Shown here piece by piece: positions 9,756 through 19,741 of a stretch of 64,000 nucleotides of DNA. Made by a program: the position numbers and the translations under genes. The first letter of the stretch is position 1. Each line of letters begins with the position of its first letter. The stretch spans positions 287,484 to 351,483 of the forward strand of contig JBAZWC010000002.1 of assembly GCA_041660565.1 (NCBI GenBank), read 5' to 3'. The notes under the pieces are model-generated. The model was not told the DNA's origin. It made no database searches and was given only the letters and a program-made list of their open reading frames with translations. The stretch is from Patescibacteria group bacterium (GTDB lineage: Bacteria; Patescibacteriota; UBA1384; CAJBMM01).

Positions 9756-10823
9756 AATAAAAAACATTCAAATCAAACTGTTTGTGTCGCCATGTCCGGT
9801 GGAGTGGATAGTGCGGTGGCTGCGGCATTGTTAGTAGAACAAGGCTTCCGGGTTATTGGCGCATTTATGAAGAACTGGTCTTTGAATCAACAAGGAGTTA
9901 GTTACCAGCCGTGGGAAAACGAAGCTAACGTGGCGAAAGCGGTTTGTGAAAAACTAAAGATTCCTTTTCATATTTTTGATTTCGAAAAGGAATATCTGTC
10001 TCGGGTGGTACAATCGTTTGTCCAAGATTACGCGCGCGGACTGACGCCGAACCCCGATGTTTTATGCAATCGTGAAATTAAATTTGATCTTTTTATTAAA
10101 GAAGCGCAGAAACTGGGTGCAGATTTAATTGCCACCGGCCATTACGCTCAAATCAAACCGGTCGAGGGTCGGCTTGGATTGTTTGCAGGTGCGGATTCGA
10201 ACAAAGATCAGTCGTATTTTTTGTACACATTAGGTCAGCCCGAACTCAAATTTACTTTGTTTCCAATTGGGCATCTAACCAAGCCTGAGGTGAGAAAAAT
10301 AGCAGCGGATCTGAATTTGCCAAACGCGGCTAAAAAAGATAGCCAAGGTGTATGTTTTATCGGTCCGGTTTCAATGCGCCAATTTTTGCAACATTACCTT
10401 AAGCCGCAGTCGGGTGAAGTGGTGGACCAAAATGGGCGCGTGATCGGTCATCACGACGGGGTGATTTATTATACCGAAGGCCAGCGTCATGGCTTTAGCA
10501 CCGGCGGAAATCACGAGCCATTATATATTGCACGCAAATATATTAAGAAAAATCAGTTGGTGGTGGTGCCGGCAAACGACCCGATGTTATATTGCCAATC
10601 GGTCAATCTAATCGACTGCAGTTGGGTAGATCAACCTATCCCAGATCAAACAAAATGTTTGGTGCGAATTCGCTATCGTCAGCCGTTGCAGCCGGCAATT
10701 GTTAGTGTTAACGATGGTAAATATCAAATCGATTTTGAAAATCCAATTGAGTTTGTCAGTGCCGGCCAATCTGCAGTGATTTATTTGGGCGAGCAAGTCC
10801 TTGGTGGGGGGATAATTGCCTAA
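9750..10823 (+). CDS. mnmA: tRNA-specific 2-thiouridylase
   Basis: PP-loop VAMSGGVDSAVAA, 357 aa. Confidence 0.9.
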   Translation: MTNKKHSNQTVCVAMSGGVDSAVAAALLVEQGFRVIGAFMKNWSLNQQGVSYQPWENEANVAKAVCEKLKIPFHIFDFEKEYLSRVVQSFVQDYARGLTPNPDVLCNREIKFDLFIKEAQKLGADLIATGHYAQIKPVEGRLGLFAGADSNKDQSYFLYTLGQPELKFTLFPIGHLTKPEVRKIAADLNLPNAAKKDSQGVCFIGPVSMRQFLQHYLKPQSGEVVDQNGRVIGHHDGVIYYTEGQRHGFSTGGNHEPLYIARKYIKKNQLVVVPANDPMLYCQSVNLIDCSWVDQPIPDQTKCLVRIRYRQPLQPAIVSVNDGKYQIDFENPIEFVSAGQSAVIYLGEQVLGGGIIA

Positions 10824-10840
10824 GCAATAAAATTTCTTGT

Positions 10841-12235
10841 ATGATGGTTATGGAGGGCTGCATCGTTCGCCTGATTCGTTATAGTTTATTATCAACATTG
10901 TTGGTTGCATTGCTAATACAATCGACCGGTTTAGCATATGCACAATCACTAATTAGTCCGAATTACGAAGTTGATGCGATGGGATTCTTCTCAACAGATT
11001 TGCCTCAAGATTTTGCTCCTCCTGAAATTTTGACTGGTCCGACAGTTAGCTCGGTTACTTCTGGGTCGGCTATTGTAGAGTGGACCACCGATATTGTTAG
11101 TAGCTCGGTGGTGGCGTTTGGTTTGACCACCGATTATGGTCAAGAGAGCGCAAAAACCAGCGATCGTGTGACCAGCCATACGGTAAAATTAAACGGCTTA
11201 TCGCCAGAACGCACCTATCACTATCTGATCAAGAGCGCGGACGCAATGGGGCGATACGGTACCGGAACCGACCAAGTTATCACCACCACTTCTAATATCT
11301 CGCCTATATCTGAAGTACAAATTACTGATATCACCTTAAGTTCCGCTATTGTTAGTTGGAAAACAGCAGCGCTGTCAAATTCAACCGTGAATTACGGTCA
11401 ATCTTCTTCTTATGGTCAAACAGTTGGCGACCAAAGCGCCGGTACTACTACGGCTCATACTATTAGATTGAGTTCATTAAGTTCTGGCACCACATATCAC
11501 ATTCGTGTGTCCGGCGTAAATTCAGAAGGCGCCGACATCTTTTCTGACGATTATATCTTTACCACCCTTAGCTTACCGGTGTTAGTAAGCTATTCTTTAG
11601 GCACGATTACCGGTAATACGGCTGAAATATTGTGGACTACGAATGTACCGGTGGACTCGTTTATTTCTTATTGGAAAGAGGGCACGGATGAAAGTAGTGC
11701 CAAAACTCAGGCAAAACCAGAATTGGGCAAAACGCACATCATGGTTATTACTGGGTTAGAGGGTAAAACGCACTACTATTTCCGTATTACAGGGCGCGAT
11801 GCAAATGGTAATAATTTAAGATCAGAAATTTTATCATTTAATACACCATTGGACACCACGCCTCCGGTAATAACTAATATAAAAAGTGAGGTCAACTCCA
11901 ACTCTAAAAGTGATTCATTACAGCTTGTAATATCGTGGGATACAGACGAGCCGGCAAAGAGCCAGATCGAGTATAATCTTGGTCCGGTTGCCACGACTTA
12001 CAGCCTGAGCTCAAAACCAGATGATGGGTTAAATGTTAACCACATTATTATCGTGTCACCGCTGAAATCTTCCTCAAACTACCACTTTAGAATTAAAGCT
12101 ACTGATGCTTCGGGCAATGCTGGTTTTAGCGCCGATTACAGCGTTTTAACGCCGCAGAAACAGAAATCGTTGTTACAGATTATTTTAGATAAATTAGAAC
12201 AGACTTTTGGTTGGTTGCGAAAAATTGGCTCATAA
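10841..12235 (+). CDS. Secreted protein with multiple fibronectin type-III-like repeats
   Basis: N-terminal signal-like hydrophobic segment. Repeated about 90-aa modules with motifs such as TAVVEWTTD, AIVSWKT and AEILWTT (Fn3/purple-acid-phosphatase N-terminal-like). Confidence 0.7.
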   Translation: MMVMEGCIVRLIRYSLLSTLLVALLIQSTGLAYAQSLISPNYEVDAMGFFSTDLPQDFAPPEILTGPTVSSVTSGSAIVEWTTDIVSSSVVAFGLTTDYGQESAKTSDRVTSHTVKLNGLSPERTYHYLIKSADAMGRYGTGTDQVITTTSNISPISEVQITDITLSSAIVSWKTAALSNSTVNYGQSSSYGQTVGDQSAGTTTAHTIRLSSLSSGTTYHIRVSGVNSEGADIFSDDYIFTTLSLPVLVSYSLGTITGNTAEILWTTNVPVDSFISYWKEGTDESSAKTQAKPELGKTHIMVITGLEGKTHYYFRITGRDANGNNLRSEILSFNTPLDTTPPVITNIKSEVNSNSKSDSLQLVISWDTDEPAKSQIEYNLGPVATTYSLSSKPDDGLNVNHIIIVSPLKSSSNYHFRIKATDASGNAGFSADYSVLTPQKQKSLLQIILDKLEQTFGWLRKIGS

Positions 12236-12243
12236 ATAAAGTT

Positions 12244-12272
12244 GACCCCGGCGCGCCTAAGCGGTCGGGGTC
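12244..12272. terminator. Bidirectional hairpin between convergent genes
   Basis: GACCCCGGCGCGCCTAAGCGGTCGGGGTC. Confidence 0.5.
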
Positions 12273-12709
12273 TTGCTAGCAATGGCTTGGCGGAGTTGGG
12301 CCAGATAGTGAATGGCTCGTCTCAGGCCAGTTGGGGCGCCGGATTCTATCCGAAGTCGTTTGGCTAGTTGGTCGATGATCTTGCGCTCGTCCTCGGGCAA
12401 CATCATGTAGATATTCCGGCCCCACCGGCCGAGGGTACATGGCGCAGACTGAAGTGGGTTGGTTCGCGTTGGTGTGCGAATTATGGCTCCGCCGACACAG
12501 GCGCTCGAAACGAATTCGCTAATGGTGATACAGTCTCCGTACGCTCGGTGGCGCGTGAACTGGCCGAATGTCGACATGGGCGGGTGCTTGCCTGCCTCCT
12601 CACCCAATACTAACGTCAACAGCTTGGTGGAATATCTGATGTCGCCTGCCCGATAAAGCAGCCCAATGATCACATCGTGCGGGATCGACGTTACCACAGA
12701 CATCGAACC
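12257..12709 (-). CDS. Hypothetical protein on GC-rich micro-island I2
   Basis: Strong RBS GGGAGGTGG before the ATG (MSVVTSIPHD..). GC content is visibly high. No recognisable family. The longer ORF-track start at 12850 is unlikely. Confidence 0.5.
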   Translation of the reverse strand, partial: GSMSVVTSIPHDVIIGLLYRAGDIRYSTKLLTLVLGEEAGKHPPMSTFGQFTRHRAYGDCITISEFVSSACVGGAIIRTPTRTNPLQSAPCTLGRWGRNIYMMLPEDERKIIDQLAKRLRIESGAPTGLRRAIHYLAQLRQAIASKTPTA

Positions 12710-12849
12710 ACCTCCCAGAGATGTTCTAGCAAGACACGGTCTTGCTTGATTTGGATGATAGCACAAACTTCGCTTTCCGTCATTAGTTCTCTGATTCCCT
12801 TTACATCCATTTTTTTTATTGTTACCATTATTTATGAAAGTGAGGAACA

Positions 12850-13303
12850 AATGCGACGAAAACGAGTAATTTTATCAATTGCGTATATTGTGATTGCAGC
12901 AGTAGTGGTTTATGCCATTGTTTATACCAAAGGGTTTGGTTTATTTGATAAAAAAGACAGTGGGTCTGGTTGGTCGGCCGTGTTCCTAACCAATGGTCAA
13001 GTGTATTTTGGCCATCTAAAGGGGCAAAACAATCAGTTCTCAACGCTTTCAGACATTTACTACTTGCAAGTTGAGCAACAGTCTTCACTACAGCCAGAAG
13101 CAACAAAATCGACTGTCGCATCTCCTTCTGCTTCATCTAACCTGTCTTTAATTAAGCTAGGAAATGAGTTGCACGGGCCAAAAGATCAAATGACCATTAA
13201 CCGTGACCAGATTCTGTTTATCGAAGAGATGAAAACAGGTTCAAAGGTGGTTACTGCTATCGAAGCATATATAAAGAACCCAACCGCAACTCCAACACCA
13301 TAG
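12850..13303 (+). CDS. Small membrane-anchored protein, unknown function
   Basis: RBS GTGAGGAAC, start MRRKRVILSIAYIVIAAVVVYAIVY (TM helix), Ser/Thr-rich C-terminus. Confidence 0.6.
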
Positions 13304-13364
13304 TATAAACTGATTTTCAATATCGTATTGGCGGAACTTTGTGTCCGCCTTTATGATATTAACA

Positions 13365-13412
13365 AAATCTCAAATCCAAATTTTTAATTTTTAAAATTGT
13401 AATTTAGAATTT
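13365..13412. repeat. AT-rich repeat family F (F3)
   Basis: aaatccaaatttttaatttttaaaattgtaatttagaattt. Confidence 0.5.
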
Positions 13413-13423
13413 CGCCTCGTATG

Positions 13424-13434
13424 TGCTATAAATA
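13424..13434 (+). promoter_or_regulatory. Extended -10 promoter TGTGCTATAAAT upstream of recG
   Basis: Same TGTGCTATAA context as at 841 and 19908. Confidence 0.4.
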
Positions 13435-13438
13435 ACGT

Positions 13439-15508
13439 ATGATAACTTTAGATTCTCCAATTGAGGTGGTGGCTGGGGTAGGGCCGGCGATTGCGGCTAA
13501 ACTGCACAGCCGCGGTATTAATATTGTGCGTGATTTGCTGTCGTTTACACCCATGCGATATATCGATTTTAGCCATCCCAAAAAATCGAACAGCCTAATG
13601 GCGGGCAAATGGGCGGTGATTTCGGGGACAATTACCGGATGTCATCAGGAACACAGTTTTCGTAAGCGGATGGCGATAATCAAAGCGGAAATTACAGACG
13701 ATGCCGGTAAAATTGAAGCGGTGTGGTTTAACCAGCCGTTTTTGACTCAAATTTTACGTGTTGGCCGCCCGGTGCGTTTACATGGCCTGGTTATTCAAGA
13801 CCAGTTTGGAAAAAAGATCTTGCGCAATCCGGAAATTCAATTAACCGCTGATGGCAAGCCGGAAGTGAGATATTCCACCAAGAGTGGCATCGAAAGCGGG
13901 CGTTTTAAGCATATTATCAACTCAATTCTGCCATTAACCGACAGCTTACCAGATCCGCTGCCACCAGATTTGCTCAAAAAACTCAAATTGATTTCATTAT
14001 CGCAGGCGCTCAGGTGGTGCCATCAACCCGAAAAAATTTCAGATGTAACATTGGCGCGAACGCGTTTAGCAATTGATGAGTTGTGGACTTTGATGGTGCT
14101 AACCAAATTAACCAAACAACAAAACCAGGCTCATCCGGCATTAAAAATTGCGGTGGACGAGACGCGGGTTAAAAATGATGTTGACCGTTTGCCATTTAAA
14201 TTAACCGATGGTCAAAATAAGGCGATCGGTCAAATTCTGTCCGACATATCTAAAACGGTGCCGATGCGACGGTTGCTGAATGGCGATGTCGGATCAGGCA
14301 AAACGGTGGTGGCAATGTTGGCGTGTCATCAAGCCATTTTATCGGGTTGGCGGGCAATTATGATTGCGCCAACAGTGGTTTTAGCCTGGCAGCATATACG
14401 TAATTGGCAAAAACTGTATCCAAATGTGCCCAGTTTTATTTTTACCGGCAACGGGGTGTGGTTTAACGGGCAAAAGATCAAAACATCTGAAATAAAATCG
14501 ACATTAGATAATAATCCGGCCGCATTTATCTGCGGCACACACGCGGTATTTTCACCGGAACTGGAATTGGTAAATAATACCGCGCTGGTGATTGTAGATG
14601 AACAGCATCGGTTTGGGGTAATGCAACGAGCATTTTTCTCCCAAAATCCCAAAGCGGTGCCGCATTTGCTATCGATGTCCGCCACCCCAATTCCGCGCAC
14701 TGCGGCATTGGTGTTGTACGGCGATATGGACGCCAGTATTTTACCCGAGAAGCCGGCTGGACGAATTCAAATCACCTCAAAATTAGTATCAGACAACGGC
14801 CGTGAAATGATGTACAAATTTATCGACCAACTAATTGATAAAGGGGAGCGTGTTTACATTGTTTGCCCTCTAATTTCACCACCAGATCCGGACGAAGAGT
14901 TTGGCCAGTTTAACTTTGGTGATGATCGTAAAACCGTGATTGCCGAGTTTGAAAAGTTGCAAAAAACGGTCTTTAGTCATCGCCGCATTGGTTTGTTGCA
15001 CGGTAAAATGAAAGCCGCCGAAAAAGATGCGGTGTTAACCAGTTTTCGAGATGGAGAGTTGGACATTTTGATCACCACTTCGGTTATCGAAGTGGGGGTA
15101 GATGTGCCCGAGGCCACGGCGATGGTGATAGAAGGGGCAGAGTATTTTGGTTTGGCGCAGCTGCATCAGTTGCGTGGGCGAGTGGGCAGAAGTGATAAGC
15201 CTTCATACTGTTTCCTATGCGCTGCCAACTGGAACGAAAGCACTCAAAGCCGTTTAGAGCTATTGGTAAAATATCATGATGGATTTAGCCTGGCCGAACA
15301 AGATTTGCAACTGCGTGGCCCAGGTGAGCTTTACGGTACTATTCAAGCGGGGGTAATTCCGTTTAAATACGCCTCACTCGCCGACAAAAATTATATTGAG
15401 ATTGCCAAACAAATCGCTGATGAAATTATTACCACCCCAGTCGAAAAACGCTCTCCCGAATTAGAGTCTTGGCTCTCTACGCATCAAAATATGTTACATG
15501 TGGAATAA
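13439..15508 (+). CDS. recG: ATP-dependent DNA helicase RecG
   Basis: Walker A GDVGSGKT, DEQHRFG motif, RecG wedge domain and helicase C-terminus, 689 aa. Confidence 0.92.
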   Translation: MITLDSPIEVVAGVGPAIAAKLHSRGINIVRDLLSFTPMRYIDFSHPKKSNSLMAGKWAVISGTITGCHQEHSFRKRMAIIKAEITDDAGKIEAVWFNQPFLTQILRVGRPVRLHGLVIQDQFGKKILRNPEIQLTADGKPEVRYSTKSGIESGRFKHIINSILPLTDSLPDPLPPDLLKKLKLISLSQALRWCHQPEKISDVTLARTRLAIDELWTLMVLTKLTKQQNQAHPALKIAVDETRVKNDVDRLPFKLTDGQNKAIGQILSDISKTVPMRRLLNGDVGSGKTVVAMLACHQAILSGWRAIMIAPTVVLAWQHIRNWQKLYPNVPSFIFTGNGVWFNGQKIKTSEIKSTLDNNPAAFICGTHAVFSPELELVNNTALVIVDEQHRFGVMQRAFFSQNPKAVPHLLSMSATPIPRTAALVLYGDMDASILPEKPAGRIQITSKLVSDNGREMMYKFIDQLIDKGERVYIVCPLISPPDPDEEFGQFNFGDDRKTVIAEFEKLQKTVFSHRRIGLLHGKMKAAEKDAVLTSFRDGELDILITTSVIEVGVDVPEATAMVIEGAEYFGLAQLHQLRGRVGRSDKPSYCFLCAANWNESTQSRLELLVKYHDGFSLAEQDLQLRGPGELYGTIQAGVIPFKYASLADKNYIEIAKQIADEIITTPVEKRSPELESWLSTHQNMLHVE

Positions 15509-15536
15509 TTTGGGTTAACCTCGTACATCATGACTA

Positions 15537-15570
15537 GTGTAGGGGCGGACTCATATGTCCGCCCTCTGGC
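15537..15570. repeat. Palindromic repeat family C, copy C2
   Basis: GTGTAGGGGCGGACTCATATGTCCGCCC. Confidence 0.85.
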
Positions 15571-15628
15571 GGTAATTTGTCTAAATATTTGCTGAGTGAT
15601 ATTATCTATTTAAGGAGATCGGAAAAGT

Positions 15629-16114
15629 ATGGAAGATTATGATGACAAAGCAACGGATTCGCAAAATGGTTATAATTGGGGTGCGTTCTGGCTGACTGGG
15701 ATTTGGGGTGCCTGCCACGGATATTGGCTATCATTGGCATATATTCCTCTTATTCTTGTTGCATTATTTTTATCAATATTTTCTATTGTCAATGTGGCCG
15801 CGCACCTATCTCGAAGCTCTTTAGCATTAGCATATCCATTAATCTTATTGTCTGTGGTAGTCGATATTTTGACGGTTATTACCTTGTACAGATTTGGTCG
15901 TAAAGGGAACAAACTTGCTTGGATAATGCGAGGTTCTCGTGACAAAGAGTCATATAAAAAACGTGAAAAAAATTGGGCGATAGCTGGTTGGGTCGTTGGA
16001 GTGATAGCTGCTGTATGGTATGTGAGTGTGATTTATGTTTCAGTTGCTAATGAATATTCCTCGCCAGATTGTGGTGACGTAATGTCAATTGAATGTTTTC
16101 AGATATCGAAATAA
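15629..16114 (+). CDS. Membrane protein, unknown function
   Basis: Three to four hydrophobic helices. RBS AAGGAG upstream. Confidence 0.6.
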   Translation: MEDYDDKATDSQNGYNWGAFWLTGIWGACHGYWLSLAYIPLILVALFLSIFSIVNVAAHLSRSSLALAYPLILLSVVVDILTVITLYRFGRKGNKLAWIMRGSRDKESYKKREKNWAIAGWVVGVIAAVWYVSVIYVSVANEYSSPDCGDVMSIECFQISK

Positions 16115-16167
16115 ATTAAATGAGCGCTGACCTATAAAAAATACGCCATATCTGTTATAATAAATAC

Positions 16168-16575
16168 GTGGACAAGCTGCTAGATTGGTTAGAAAAGTAT
16201 CGAGTGGTGATGGGAGGGGTGATCGCCGTTGTTATTGTCGGCATTGGTGGATTGCTGATTTGGTACGACAGGCATCCAAACACCACCACCATTTCTACGC
16301 GCACGTTAGTGAGTCAAACTACAGTACCGGCGAGTGGGGCGGAAATTACCACAACATCCGCCAAATCTAACTCCAGTTTGATCAACATTAACACGGCAAA
16401 TGCCGAGCAGTTAGACAGTTTGCCCGGGATTGGGGCAACATACGCTCAGCGGATAATTGATTATCGCGTTGCGCATGGTAACTACAAAACAACTCACGAT
16501 TTAGTTTTAGTTAAGGGAATTGGTGAAGGTACGTACACTAAATTGAAAGATTTAGTGACAACAGGAGGGGAATAG
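16168..16575 (+). CDS. comEA: Competence protein ComEA (helix-hairpin-helix DNA-binding)
   Basis: N-terminal TM helix and C-terminal HhH motifs INTANAEQLDSLPGIGATYAQRII..LVLVKGIGEGT. Confidence 0.85.
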   Translation: MDKLLDWLEKYRVVMGGVIAVVIVGIGGLLIWYDRHPNTTTISTRTLVSQTTVPASGAEITTTSAKSNSSLININTANAEQLDSLPGIGATYAQRIIDYRVAHGNYKTTHDLVLVKGIGEGTYTKLKDLVTTGGE

Positions 16576-16578
16576 TAT

Positions 16579-16664
16579 GCGGATGTGGTGGAATGGCAGA
16601 CACGATAGCTTTAGGAGCTATTGGAGGAAACTCCGTGGAGGTTCAAGTCCTCTCATCCGCACCA
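16579..16664 (+). tRNA. tRNA-Leu (anticodon TAG), long variable arm
   Basis: Acceptor GCGGATG/CATCCGC, anticodon loop TTTAGGA, T-arm GGTTCAAGTCC, 3' CCA. Confidence 0.8.
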
Positions 16665-16666
16665 TA

Positions 16667-17002
16667 GTGTTGGTACCATTTATTTCAACTTTTATTTCAT
16701 CTCAAATTCATTTGGCGTTTGCCGCCTCACCTAGTGCGTCTGCGGTAGTGAGTTCGTCCAGCAACTTGCTTGGGGCGACCAGTTTAAGTGATTGGGTGAC
16801 CAAATTTGTTACTTGGGCTACAACTATCGGTATTTCGGTGGCCGCATTGATGATTTTGTACGCTGGAGTGGAGTATATCAACTCGGGCGGGAATGAAACA
16901 AAAATTAAAGGTGCCAAAGATCGGGTGATTGGCACGCTACTTGGGATCATAATTTTGTTACTAATTGGCACAATAATGAGAGTTTTACTCAAAACGAGCT
17001 AG
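16667..17002 (+). CDS. Small secreted two-helix (pilin/VirB2-TrbC-like) protein
   Basis: A GTG/TTG start directly after the tRNA. Signal-peptide-like N-terminus (..LAFA|AS), then two hydrophobic helices separated by a NSGGNETKIKGAKDR loop. The ORF-track start at 16577 would overlap the tRNA and is rejected. Confidence 0.5.
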   Translation: MLVPFISTFISSQIHLAFAASPSASAVVSSSSNLLGATSLSDWVTKFVTWATTIGISVAALMILYAGVEYINSGGNETKIKGAKDRVIGTLLGIIILLLIGTIMRVLLKTS

Positions 17003-17013
17003 GGAAATGTTTA

Positions 17014-17118
17014 GGGGGATTTGGGGGTTTAGGGTGATTGGCTCCAGCCCGTAGGGCTTACGCCCGGAGGGGAGATCCTTGGGTTCCCCCAATGTCTCTA
17101 ATCACCCTAATTCACCTA
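17014..17118. repeat. Palindromic repeat family E, copy E1
   Basis: AGGGTGATTGGCTCCAGCCCGTAGGGCTTACGCCCGGAGG..CTAATCACCCT. Shares the GGCTCCGCCCGTAGG module with copies at 47275, 52496 and 57820. Confidence 0.8.
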
Positions 17119-17128
17119 AAATGGTCCT

Positions 17129-17986
17129 CTAATTTTTTCCCACCGGGCTAGTGACGGCTCCGGTATTTGAGTCATATAAAATATCACGGTTAAGTGGGTC
17201 TTTGGGGATTTCGGTCAGATAGTGTTTTTGTACTAACTCGTTCAGATCTTTTGGGTAATGACCGAATTTATTTTTGTAATCTTTAATCATATTAGTTAAT
17301 CCTTGCAAGATGGTGTAGTGATCGACAAACAGTTTGGCGCGATCTTTAAAGTATTGCGTATCACTACTTTCCGCCAATCCTTCAAAAATCGCCAATGCGG
17401 TTTGGTAATCATTTGATCGATCAAACTCAACTGCCGATAAAAATTTGGTTTTAGACGGCGCTCCGGGTTTTTCTGAAGCGCGTTTATATGCGGCGGCCGA
17501 TTGCGCGTAATCTTTTTTGTTGATGTAGTAAATTGTGCCCTCGTAATATGGAATTTCCCAGTTGTTTGGTAACGCAACCTCGCCGTCTTTTAGAATTTGC
17601 AAAGCTTGATCAGAAAAACCTTCACCGGAGAGCACGATGCCGGAAAATTGATACGGGTAGCTGAATTTATTATCCAGAGACAAAATTGAGCTCATTAATT
17701 TGGGTAATGCTTGATATTTGCCGTATGGATCACCCCCGCCGTAGTATTGGATGGTGTTTAGCCACAATAAATCTGCCATAAAATTATTGTTTCCAAGCGC
17801 GCTAATTTTGAGCATATCTTTATTCGGCACTATAGGTTCAATAATTTGATTATAAGTTACAGTCGATTTGCGCCACTGGCTGGCACGTACCCGGTCAAAA
17901 TTGAGCTGCGTTAATACTACCAGCGCTAAAAGGGCTGGGACGGTAAGCCATTTAATTATTGAGGTGATTATTTTATTCATTTTCAT
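17129..17986 (-). CDS. Hypothetical exported protein
   Basis: N-terminal signal/anchor WLTVPALLALVVLTQL, 285 aa, no recognisable motifs. Confidence 0.6.
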   Translation of the reverse strand: MKMNKIITSIIKWLTVPALLALVVLTQLNFDRVRASQWRKSTVTYNQIIEPIVPNKDMLKISALGNNNFMADLLWLNTIQYYGGGDPYGKYQALPKLMSSILSLDNKFSYPYQFSGIVLSGEGFSDQALQILKDGEVALPNNWEIPYYEGTIYYINKKDYAQSAAAYKRASEKPGAPSKTKFLSAVEFDRSNDYQTALAIFEGLAESSDTQYFKDRAKLFVDHYTILQGLTNMIKDYKNKFGHYPKDLNELVQKHYLTEIPKDPLNRDILYDSNTGAVTSPVGKN

Positions 17987-18004
17987 TGTTTTTTTGATGA
18001 TGTG

Positions 18005-18104
18005 CTCCTCACCCGGCCTACGGCCACCCTCTCCTCAGGGAGGAGAGGGGATCCCCTTCTCCTCGTTTTTGAGGAGAAGGTGCCTGTCAAGGCGGATGAG
18101 GAGG
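18005..18104. repeat. Palindromic repeat family D, copy D2
   Basis: Near-identical to D1: CTCCTCACCCGGCCTACGGCCACCCTCTCCTCAGGGAGGAGAGGGG..CCCTTCTCCTC..GAGGAGAAGGTGCC..GGCGGATGAGGAGG. Confidence 0.85.
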
Positions 18105-18113
18105 GAGTCGATC

Positions 18114-18884
18114 CTATAATTCCTGCTTGCGGAAGGCAGCGTTGGCCAAAAACAACAATATCGCACTGTAAACAACGGTATAAACTATCACTAATGAAAT
18201 TTGCTCAGCAGTGGGCTGGATATGGTAAACCACATTATTGCGCAAATTAAATTTTTCTAAATTTGGAAAGATGTAATAAACCGCTTTGTACAAATCTTTA
18301 ATCCAAACAGGGCTATCTTGGCTTAAATTTACCACCGTTGCCGATGAATGGCCGATAATAAAGATCGCTAAGGCGTAAACGGTGCTTATAACCGCCGAGC
18401 AAAAACTGGAAAACATTACGGTTAAGGCAATAAGCAACACCATCTCTAGATAAGTATAAAACAGGGCAAGAATCAGCGTGACATCAATAACTTGCCAGCC
18501 TAGCCGAATGACCAACAAAGCTCCAAAAATTACTGACATCATGCCAATTAACATCAAAACGGTTAAACACAAGCCCGCAAATTTGCCTAATAAGTAGGTG
18601 AGGCGGGTGATTGGGCGCGCCAGCACTGTGTATGCGGTGCGTTGGTCTAACTCTTTGGCGATACTGGAGCCGCTTAGGAAGATGGTGATGATGATGCCGA
18701 AGAAAAATATGCCGGTTAAGCCAAGTTCGATGATAATTTTGCTGTCTTGGTCTAGCGAGATTGAGCCCAAAAATAAGGTAGCGCCAAGCAGTAAAACGGC
18801 AAAAACTCCCAGAGTGATTAAAATTCGATCACGGATGCTTTCTTTGTAGGTGTTAAGGGCTATGACTTTTATGGCATTGATCAT
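18114..18884 (-). CDS. ABC-2 type transporter permease
   Basis: Six hydrophobic helices. Start overlaps the stop of the upstream ATPase gene. Confidence 0.75.
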   Translation of the reverse strand: MINAIKVIALNTYKESIRDRILITLGVFAVLLLGATLFLGSISLDQDSKIIIELGLTGIFFFGIIITIFLSGSSIAKELDQRTAYTVLARPITRLTYLLGKFAGLCLTVLMLIGMMSVIFGALLVIRLGWQVIDVTLILALFYTYLEMVLLIALTVMFSSFCSAVISTVYALAIFIIGHSSATVVNLSQDSPVWIKDLYKAVYYIFPNLEKFNLRNNVVYHIQPTAEQISLVIVYTVVYSAILLFLANAAFRKQEL

Positions 18885-19612
18885 TTTTTAATCTCCTTGA
18901 GACGCGATTGATTAATTCGATCGACAAAGAATTGCTCCAAAGTTTGGTGGGGTTTAAGGAACGATTTAGTTTCGCCAATTTCGAGCAACACACCGCGGTC
19001 AATAATACCAATTTGATCACACATCTCTTCGACATCACTTAAAATGTGTGAGTTGAAAAAGATGGTGATTTTTTGTTTGCGCAAATCTTGGATCAGCTTT
19101 TTCATTTCGGCGCGGCCAAAAGCATCTAAGCCGTCTAGCGGTTCATCTAAAAATAGAATTTTTGGATCGCCAATTAGCGCTTGGGCTAAGCCCAGTCTTT
19201 GCACCATGCCTTTGGAATACCCGCGAATAGAGCGGGTTTGTGAATCTGTGAGGCCAACCTGATTTAAGAGCGCGGACGCTCGATTGCGCGCTGATTTTTT
19301 AGCTAGCCCCGCTAATTGCCCATGCATGGTGACAAACTCTAGACCGGTTAAGTATTGGTAAAATCGGGGATTTTCGGGCATAAAACCCAGTTCTTTCATC
19401 GCTGCCACTGTTCCGGCGGGGTGATTAAAGATTTTTATTTCGCCTGAATCTGGTTTGGCTAGCCCAACAACCATTCGCATGGTGGTAGTTTTTCCGGCGC
19501 CGTTTGGGCCTAAAAAACCAAACACGGTGCCAGCTTTTAGTGCAAAAGAAAGATGGTTGACCGCGGTTTGGCTGTATTTTTTTGTCACGTCTTTAAGTTC
19601 AAGCGCGTACAT
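18881..19612 (-). CDS. ABC transporter ATP-binding protein
   Basis: Walker A GPNGAGKTT, signature LSGGMVQRLGLAQAL-like (YSKGMVQRLGLA), Walker B ILFLDEP. Confidence 0.88.
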   Translation of the reverse strand: MYALELKDVTKKYSQTAVNHLSFALKAGTVFGFLGPNGAGKTTTMRMVVGLAKPDSGEIKIFNHPAGTVAAMKELGFMPENPRFYQYLTGLEFVTMHGQLAGLAKKSARNRASALLNQVGLTDSQTRSIRGYSKGMVQRLGLAQALIGDPKILFLDEPLDGLDAFGRAEMKKLIQDLRKQKITIFFNSHILSDVEEMCDQIGIIDRGVLLEIGETKSFLKPHQTLEQFFVDRINQSRLKEIKK

Positions 19613-19675
19613 TTACTCTCCTTGTCGAATATATTGTAGCCGTGAAATTGGCAAAAAACAAGAGTAAAAGAAATC

Positions 19676-19703
19676 GTCCCGGGGCACAGAGCGGCCTCGG
19701 GAC
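19676..19703 (-). terminator. Minus-strand intrinsic terminator after the small GC-rich ORF
   Basis: Hairpin GTCCCGGGGCACAGAGCGGCCTCGGGAC. On the minus strand it is followed by a T-rich run (GATTTCTTTTACTCTTGTTTTTTGCC). Confidence 0.5.
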
Positions 19704-19741
19704 GGTGATAATCGCGCCCCATTGTCAGTTGCTATACCCAG

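Noticed and set aside
12368-12656. Plus-strand ORFs 12368-12613 and 12459-12656 in GC-rich island I2
   Set aside because: They have no Shine-Dalgarno. The minus-strand ORF 12257-12709 has an excellent RBS and is followed by a hairpin, so it was preferred. Strand assignment remains uncertain.
16577-16666. ORF-track start of the 141-aa ORF at 16577 (MRMWWNGRHDSF..)
   Set aside because: The first 30 codons run straight through tRNA-Leu(TAG) at 16579-16664. The real CDS more likely starts at the GTG/TTG at 16667-16672.
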